A stretch of DNA of 64,000 nucleotides, from the NCBI GenBank assembly GCA_016715815.1, contig JADJXN010000007.1, forward strand, positions 5,549 through 69,548. Reading direction: 5' to 3'. The DNA is from Oligoflexia bacterium. Lineage in GTDB: Bacteria; Bdellovibrionota; Bdellovibrionia; JABDDW01. Position 1 is the stretch's first letter; each line of letters begins with the position of its first letter. A program made the position numbers and the translations under genes. Shown here piece after piece: positions 59,201-64,000 of this stretch. The notes beneath the pieces were generated by a model. It was not told the origin of the DNA, ran no database searches, and worked only from the letters and a program-made list of their open reading frames with translations.

Positions 59201-60490
59201 CTTCATGATAAGAGTTTATATAATGCCTTTATTTATTTTGAAAAGCTAAATGACTACTCAAAAGCCATTGAAGTGGCAGAAAAACTTGAAAAGAAAAACC
59301 CCAACTATGATGGCTTTTTTAATATTTCAGGTGTGCGCGCCTCTATGTATCAGGAATCTGGCCAGTACGATAAAGCACTTCAGCAGTTAAATTTATTTTT
59401 AAAAAAACCAGGGGATGAAAAGCTGCAAAAACAAGCTCAGCTAAATAGAGCCCTTATTTTAGAAGCACTTGAACAAACAGCTCAGGCTCAAAGTGAATTT
59501 AAAAATTATTTAAATAGTAAAAGTGGTGCCACAGAAGCCGGAAAAAAAGAGGCCGAGCTAGCACTTAAAAGGCTAACCTATGTGACCAAGAAAGAGGTTA
59601 TACCTAAATTGCCAGAGTGGGAAAAATTAAAATCAGAAAAAGCCACTTATGATAAGCAATTAAGTACAAAATCAAAAGATTTTGTTAAAAAAATAAAAGA
59701 AGATGGTATTAGGCTTCAAAATATTTCCAAAAAGTTTTTAGATATTTCTGGTAATGAAAAAATAAATTACTTTCACCGCTATGAAGCTCTTTGTGTGGTT
59801 CCATTTTTATATTCTAAATATGCTTTTGCTATACGTTTAATTAAAGGAGATGATGCTGAGCTTGATAAGGAGCTTGAAAAGTTAGCCCAACCAATAGACC
59901 AAAAATCAAAAGAGTTTGCCCAAAGCTGTATAGACCAATCCTATAAAGCACGCCATCGAGGACCTGAGTTTGAAAAAGTTTTAGATTTTTATGGGTGGCA
60001 AGCGGATGCCAATATGGCTTCAAAAGCTAATGATGTATTAAAAGAATTTGAAAAAAAATATCCACTCATTCAAAAATCTCAAAATTCAAAAGAAGAAGAG
60101 TTAACATCAAAAATTTTAAAATTAAACGGTGAGAAAAAATCAGATAAGGATTCCTGGTACAATTTAGCCTACATTCGTTACACTCAAAAAAAATATCGCC
60201 TAGCAAGGTTAACCACTATTGATGCTTTATCTAAATTTCAAAAATCTTATGAGCTTTTTAACCTTTTTGTAGCAATAGAATTAAAATTAAACACAGAAGA
60301 TAATATTTTAGATTTATTTGAAGATGCGGGCGAAAAAGGCTCAGGCCATGGGTGGGCTAATGCAGGGTATTTACATTTAAAAGATTTGCGCCTGCAGGAT
60401 GCTTTGAAAAATTTTAAACTTGCCTTAAACAAAGGGGCTTTTGATGAAGAGCCTGAATTGAAAGATAAAATTAGGGAGCTTTTAAAATGA
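56216..60490 (+). CDS. large secreted tetratricopeptide-repeat protein (~1424 aa)
   Basis: Start at MLSKLLVLITLFCFSHLASA (signal peptide); many TPR-like helical repeats throughout. Confidence 0.7.
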   Translation: MLSKLLVLITLFCFSHLASADALDNLIQNSKWDDAVQTSFEITKKNPNNHDARLKGAYALFQKGYFNSALVYLKSIPMAEWKKLPQGKDKLVEVVLLFQKKMPAQFIPWRLDQLPTDISSNVTADELNYAKARLAFESGNDALAEKLFLQINSGSRYYAASLYLLGSIKVKQTDYAQAHFYFSKVFEPVVFEKSTEFWKDVSSEMTSHWGANLKIQFTADPLLQIKRIGELSMLGLARLAYAQKKFDLALERYSKVPSSSKYYNRANIEKVWALLSMAKHQEAEALASKLEFESAGVESMEAKILKALIMADAGMSEKARSEINEFQKKYLESKKDITPFLNLKNDQRIQALEESQKNIKSEIEDLKKEELRIYSAYKKFASDLEALKFQSANLIARWNKEKAVNARADLDKFYLQSKLIKAETYLEEHHKLKLEFKKTGAGIDLKKQSEYEARLADLLEKASEQVGGMDQSLNLKFRQSEIIWELGTTKIILGQENEGEKLREQATKIIEGIANQKFNKQDQALFFLGFAYMETGRTNESMQVFRDYVKRFPQHVHVPDAYRILGDQNFDENKFVQAENDYKQVLQFADSPFVGYALYKLGWSGYNLRAYGRALLGLEEAYLWTKKSAQTGGELLSLQREARRDLISVYAELGDHKKAFEYFKNIDQDYLPWILELVKQLEQNGQYEKTQDLYAQLIQADPKSKNAMLYQAGIIYSAYRLQRWQIVETTLFDLLNNYSDQLKNPTKEETTEAKVEAIIREAVTAHLNDFKASVLDAVKERIVKLNSTYLGAFEKWPQSQNLLYRHAQYLFENNNIKAAQNCFENHWLWFKNEIKDPLKEEALRNLISTLGRLEDLNKDSITKLTSEAEKIINFTTEYEKLYPETKYTRTILFLKASIFLKFKKLEEGIKISQQLLDDKADDDITKKSFKNLAKAYYELRDWERTYNWALKTKGPKNELQIIKEESYFLWAQGITDPKKASELYLKIAQNPDMAKLHDKSLYNAFIYFEKLNDYSKAIEVAEKLEKKNPNYDGFFNISGVRASMYQESGQYDKALQQLNLFLKKPGDEKLQKQAQLNRALILEALEQTAQAQSEFKNYLNSKSGATEAGKKEAELALKRLTYVTKKEVIPKLPEWEKLKSEKATYDKQLSTKSKDFVKKIKEDGIRLQNISKKFLDISGNEKINYFHRYEALCVVPFLYSKYAFAIRLIKGDDAELDKELEKLAQPIDQKSKEFAQSCIDQSYKARHRGPEFEKVLDFYGWQADANMASKANDVLKEFEKKYPLIQKSQNSKEEELTSKILKLNGEKKSDKDSWYNLAYIRYTQKKYRLARLTTIDALSKFQKSYELFNLFVAIELKLNTEDNILDLFEDAGEKGSGHGWANAGYLHLKDLRLQDALKNFKLALNKGAFDEEPELKDKIRELLK

Positions 60491-60729
60491 AAATCTTTTT
60501 AATAATACTTTTTTGCGCTACGTCGAGTTGGGCGCAAGAACAAAGCAAGCCTAAAGTCATTTATAAAAAGTCTGAAACTCATAAATTTTCTGGTTTAAAA
60601 TTAAAAGGGCAATTCAAAAAACCCGAATTGAGTTATATTTATCAGAGAAAGGGAATTCGTTTTGAACAAATTGTCGATGTCCCGGAAAATTTTAACCAAC
60701 AAATTATCCACTCAAGCTCTGAGTTCTAG
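60487..60729 (+). CDS. small secreted protein
   Basis: Signal peptide IILFCATSSWAQE. Confidence 0.3.
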   Translation: MKIFLIILFCATSSWAQEQSKPKVIYKKSETHKFSGLKLKGQFKKPELSYIYQRKGIRFEQIVDVPENFNQQIIHSSSEF

Positions 60730-61978
60730 TTTAAAAGTTAGCGTTTACTGGGGGGATATTTTATACGGCACCATTTTATGTGGTCCCAATGAATCTATCA
60801 CCATTGGAAAAGCGGGACATAATACTTTTGTCTTGGATTTAGATGATGCCTCCTCCACTAGAGATTCATTAGAAGTTGTTAAAGTAAATGAAGATAAATC
60901 AGCTGATATACGTTTTGATGACAGCATTGATGGCCACATAAAGCTAGGCGGAAAGCTCATGTCGCTCTCAACTGCTAGGCAAGAGCAGCATTTAAAAAAA
61001 GATGGCCAGGGTGTTTACCACATACAAATTAAAGATAAAGAAAAGGCCGATTTAGCCATAGGGCTAGTAAGTTTTTATTTTGATTGGTTAGACAATATTG
61101 AGGTTTTACCGCGAAAATCTGATTTAAACAAAGAAGATCAAAAAAAATGGATCATTATTCTTTTAAGCGTACTTCTAGCACCTGTTTTAATATTTTTGAT
61201 TATATCCATTTTCCCACCAAAGGAGCCTGAGCGCCCACCAGAGAGACTTGTGACGTTACTTCCAAGACAGCAGCCGGCAAAAGCAGCCATGGGAGCACAA
61301 CAAACCGCCGATGGAGGGGCTCAAAAAGGAGATTTGGGGAAAGCGCAGGTGGCGGCTGAAGAAAAACCAAGTGCTGCGCAACTTTTAAAAAGAGCTAATA
61401 TTGGAAGCCTGCTTTCAGGTTTAACTTCAATGGGCGCTAATGCGCCTAGTGCGCCAACACAAAATCAGAAAACTCAAGTGTCTCAAGCAGGTACTGGTGG
61501 GTTTTCAACAGAGGGGTTAAAAACAGGTGGTGGTGGAAAAACCGTTGGTATTGGTAGGACCGTTGGTGAGGGCCAAGGTGGCTTTGAAGGAACTGGAAGA
61601 TTAGGTCTCTCGGGGGATGCAGCTGTTGAAGGTGGTACAGGACACGGAAGCCCTGATACTTTGGTGCGAGGCGGGCTTTCAAAAGATGTTATTGAAGCAA
61701 TCATTCGTCGTCGCCAACACCGCATTCGTTTATGTTATGAACGGCAACTTAACTTTAACCCAAAGCTTGCCGGTAAAATTTCAGTTAGATTTGTGATTGG
61801 CAAAAACGGTGAAGTGCTCAAGGCTGATTCTATTGAAGACACTATGAAGAGTGAGCCTGTGAGACAATGTGTATTAACCGAGGTTAAAACCTGGACATTC
61901 CCTCACCCTGAGGGTGGAACTTTGGTAGATGTAGATTATCCTTTTGTGTTTGAATCAAGTGCCCGCACGGGGCAGTAA
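60662..61978 (+). CDS. membrane protein with Gly-rich region and C-terminal TonB-C/AgmX-like domain
   Basis: TM helix (WIIILLSVLLAPVLIFLIISIF), Pro-rich then Gly-rich segment; C-terminus ...ISVRFVIGKNGEVLKADSIEDT...DVDYPFVFE resembling the TonB C-terminal fold. Confidence 0.45.
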   Translation: MNKLSMSRKILTNKLSTQALSSSLKVSVYWGDILYGTILCGPNESITIGKAGHNTFVLDLDDASSTRDSLEVVKVNEDKSADIRFDDSIDGHIKLGGKLMSLSTARQEQHLKKDGQGVYHIQIKDKEKADLAIGLVSFYFDWLDNIEVLPRKSDLNKEDQKKWIIILLSVLLAPVLIFLIISIFPPKEPERPPERLVTLLPRQQPAKAAMGAQQTADGGAQKGDLGKAQVAAEEKPSAAQLLKRANIGSLLSGLTSMGANAPSAPTQNQKTQVSQAGTGGFSTEGLKTGGGGKTVGIGRTVGEGQGGFEGTGRLGLSGDAAVEGGTGHGSPDTLVRGGLSKDVIEAIIRRRQHRIRLCYERQLNFNPKLAGKISVRFVIGKNGEVLKADSIEDTMKSEPVRQCVLTEVKTWTFPHPEGGTLVDVDYPFVFESSARTGQ

Positions 61979-62099
61979 ACTTATCTCTTATTCGCAGGTT
62001 TGCACTTTTATCTAAAGCAACTTCGTAACATCGAGTTTATTATCCGAATTAGTTAGGCATTACAGTATTTTTCTCTCCCACTTTAGACTGCTTTCTTTG

Positions 62100-62945
62100 T
62101 TAAATTTGTTTTTTCCACCTGTAGCGATTATGGTTTGCGCAAAGAAGCCTTAAGTTATTTATATCTGTCGAGGAGCCGCCGTAGCTGTATGGTTTGATAT
62201 GATCTATTTGAATAAAGTGCGTGGAGTTACATTTTTGTGCTGAGCTGTCTATTGCATTGTCCTTTTGATCTTTGCTGCTTTCAGGCTTACCTGCATTGAA
62301 GTTCTTATCGCTAACATATTGGCATTTTCCCTGATCCCGCTTCCATACTTGGCGCTTAATTTCTGTTGGAATGTAGCGGGAATTTGGTGATTCTTTGTGT
62401 GCCTTTTGAGCATCTGATTTCTTTACTTCCGCCGGCGGAAGTGCATTTTGACACCGGCTCTTATCAAGCTTCTTAAGCGCAATCTCCGCTAGCTCTAAAA
62501 GTAACTCCTCATAACTAGGATTAGCTTTTTTATGAGAAATTAATGCCTTTACCCTCTCAAGCTTCTCTTTAAGCTCTTTTGTGATAACAAATCTTACTTC
62601 AATCTTTTCTTCTGTGATTAGTCTTTCCCTATCTTGAGGAATTGTAGCTAAGGGTGATATTTTTATTAATTCTTTCTCGCACTCACTTTTAGATTTGTTT
62701 TCTAATTTACCCAATAACTCTCGTTTTTGATTAATGTTATAGCTTTTCTGGTTAACTCTTTTTTCTTGGCCAATAAACATGGCGGCCTGGGATAAAGTAG
62801 TAAGGTTTAAATTACCCTTTTCTATTTTAGTTTTAACTTCAGGGATGTCTTTCATAAGTCTCATAGCAGAGATTCTACGTTGAGCGGCACTTTCAGAGTA
62901 TTGTAGTTCTTTTACGCAAAACTCAAATAAGCTAGGGTAGCCCAT
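62100..62945 (-). CDS. HNH endonuclease domain protein
   Basis: C-terminal HNH motif IDHIKPYSYGGSSTDINNLRLLCANHN; a possible N-terminal extension upstream is interrupted by a stop. Confidence 0.7.
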   Translation of the reverse strand: MGYPSLFEFCVKELQYSESAAQRRISAMRLMKDIPEVKTKIEKGNLNLTTLSQAAMFIGQEKRVNQKSYNINQKRELLGKLENKSKSECEKELIKISPLATIPQDRERLITEEKIEVRFVITKELKEKLERVKALISHKKANPSYEELLLELAEIALKKLDKSRCQNALPPAEVKKSDAQKAHKESPNSRYIPTEIKRQVWKRDQGKCQYVSDKNFNAGKPESSKDQKDNAIDSSAQKCNSTHFIQIDHIKPYSYGGSSTDINNLRLLCANHNRYRWKKQI

Positions 62946-63421
62946 TTCAAGATAAAGCTTTCGGGTTTGTACTTCTAAAGATAATCTAACACTAAAGACA
63001 AGAGTTTTCTTTCTTCTGAAACAAGGTTTTTTAATTCTGTTATTAACTCACCACTAGATACGTTTTTAAGCACAGTTACAAGTTCTCCGTTAGCAAGTAC
63101 TTTCAAATTAGTTGAGAGAGCATTCTTTTTAATTTCTAAGTTATTCATTTAAGTCTCCTTTGTTTAAGCAGCACAATAACATGGGTTTTAAATCTTAGAT
63201 TTTTCACTCACAAATCAATCACGTCAGGCGAATTCAAAAATGATTTTAGAGCGAAAGAAAATTCCAGGACAATACAATAAAGACAATGTGTGTGCGAATA
63301 AAGTAGTAAATAAAAGCAAAAGTAAAACTCACAGAACAAAACAAAATTCCAACAAAAACTCGATCAAGTGAAAAATAATTAAAAGGCGAGAGTAAAAAAG
63401 ACAAAGGAAATAATAAACCAA

Positions 63422-63526
63422 AGCAAAGAGCAAAGAGCAAAAAGCAAAAAGCAAAGAGCAAAGAGCAAAAAGCAAAAAGCAAAGAGCAAAGAGCAAAGAG
63501 CAAAAAGCAAAAAGCAAAGAGCAAAT
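63422..63526. repeat. heptanucleotide tandem repeat, 15 x AGCAAA[G/A], with a 28-nt higher-order period
   Basis: agcaaag agcaaag agcaaaa agcaaaa ... read directly; the track ORFs over it are Leu/Phe-rich artefacts. Confidence 0.85.
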
Positions 63527-63556
63527 CATTAAAGTCAGCAGCTCAAAGAACTACAC

Positions 63557-63964
63557 TTATCTTTTATTAACAGCTTTATTAGCTGGTTTACGTGGTGCAG
63601 GTGCTGCGTTTTCTGCAGCTGGAGTATGAGTTTTTGCGGCATCGGCAGGTTGATCTAGATAGTTTGTGCGTACTTGCTCCTCTGAGCTTTGCCCACTTGT
63701 TACAAATAAATCAATCACTGGGGTGGCTGAAATCATGTGAAACGTCATGGTTTTGGGTGGCTCTTCATTACCAAGTTTGTCCACACTTTTATAAGAAATT
63801 TTATAAACTTTTTGATCACTATTTAATGTAATTGGTCCTTGATAAAGCTGAAGCGGGCCATCGTTTATACTTACAAAAGTTTTATCCACCCCTACGGCAC
63901 TATTGCCAACATTAAAGGTAATAACGTTGGGTGCAGGGGAATAAGTTGTATTATTTCGCTCCAC
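63557..63964 (-). CDS. hypothetical protein (partial, continues beyond the window end)
   Basis: ORF open to the window edge; Ala/Pro/Lys-rich C-terminus. Confidence 0.35.
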   Translation of the reverse strand: MERNNTTYSPAPNVITFNVGNSAVGVDKTFVSINDGPLQLYQGPITLNSDQKVYKISYKSVDKLGNEEPPKTMTFHMISATPVIDLFVTSGQSSEEQVRTNYLDQPADAAKTHTPAAENAAPAPRKPANKAVNKR

Positions 63965-64000
63965 AAGTGATTGAGCTGTTGAGATAGTTGTCTCAGGCCC

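Noticed and set aside
63422-63526. Possible CRISPR array
   Set aside because: The period is 7 nt with no spacers, and there are no cas genes in the window. It is a microsatellite-type tandem repeat.
63246-63529. Two overlapping minus-strand ORFs encoding LLFAFC-repeat proteins
   Set aside because: They are generated entirely by the AGCAAA[G/A] heptamer repeat. There is no start context and the composition is periodic. They were treated as repeat artefacts.

Overview
This is an AT-rich bacterial chromosomal window (high-30s % GC by eye, not computed). Its gene content is reminiscent of a Bdellovibrio-like or low-GC proteobacterial genome; that placement is inference. All domain assignments were read by eye from the provided six-frame translations, and no database searches or computations were run. 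The first ~28 kb is conserved housekeeping: an RluA pseudouridine synthase, a leucine/isovalerate catabolic operon, a MacAB-like ABC efflux set convergent with an RND pump, aminopeptidase N, HppD, RNase P RNA (not in the ORF track), tRNA-Met, and the rpsU-yqeY-dnaG-rpoD operon. From ~30.7 kb the window becomes accessory. A gene graveyard (GT4 and rmlA pseudogenes, tRNA-Ser, two degenerate IS3-family copies) is followed by a ~19 kb locus (36.9-55.5 kb). That locus interleaves the hallmarks of a kinase-type lasso-peptide (RiPP) pathway with two MBOAT/SGNH O-acyltransferase pairs, a GT-C and three GT2 glycosyltransferases, and two methyltransferases. The lasso hallmarks are a split B1 (PqqD) plus nucleotidyltransferase, an HprK-like kinase, an unannotated 58-aa precursor ORF, an AsnB-type cyclase, a divergent B2 protease and an ABC exporter. 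The window ends with a PilZ protein, a ~1424-aa TPR protein, a TonB-C-like protein, an HNH endonuclease and a 15-copy heptanucleotide tandem repeat. The lasso-like cluster with its atypical architecture and embedded acyl/glycosyl tailoring genes is the main candidate for a previously undescribed system.
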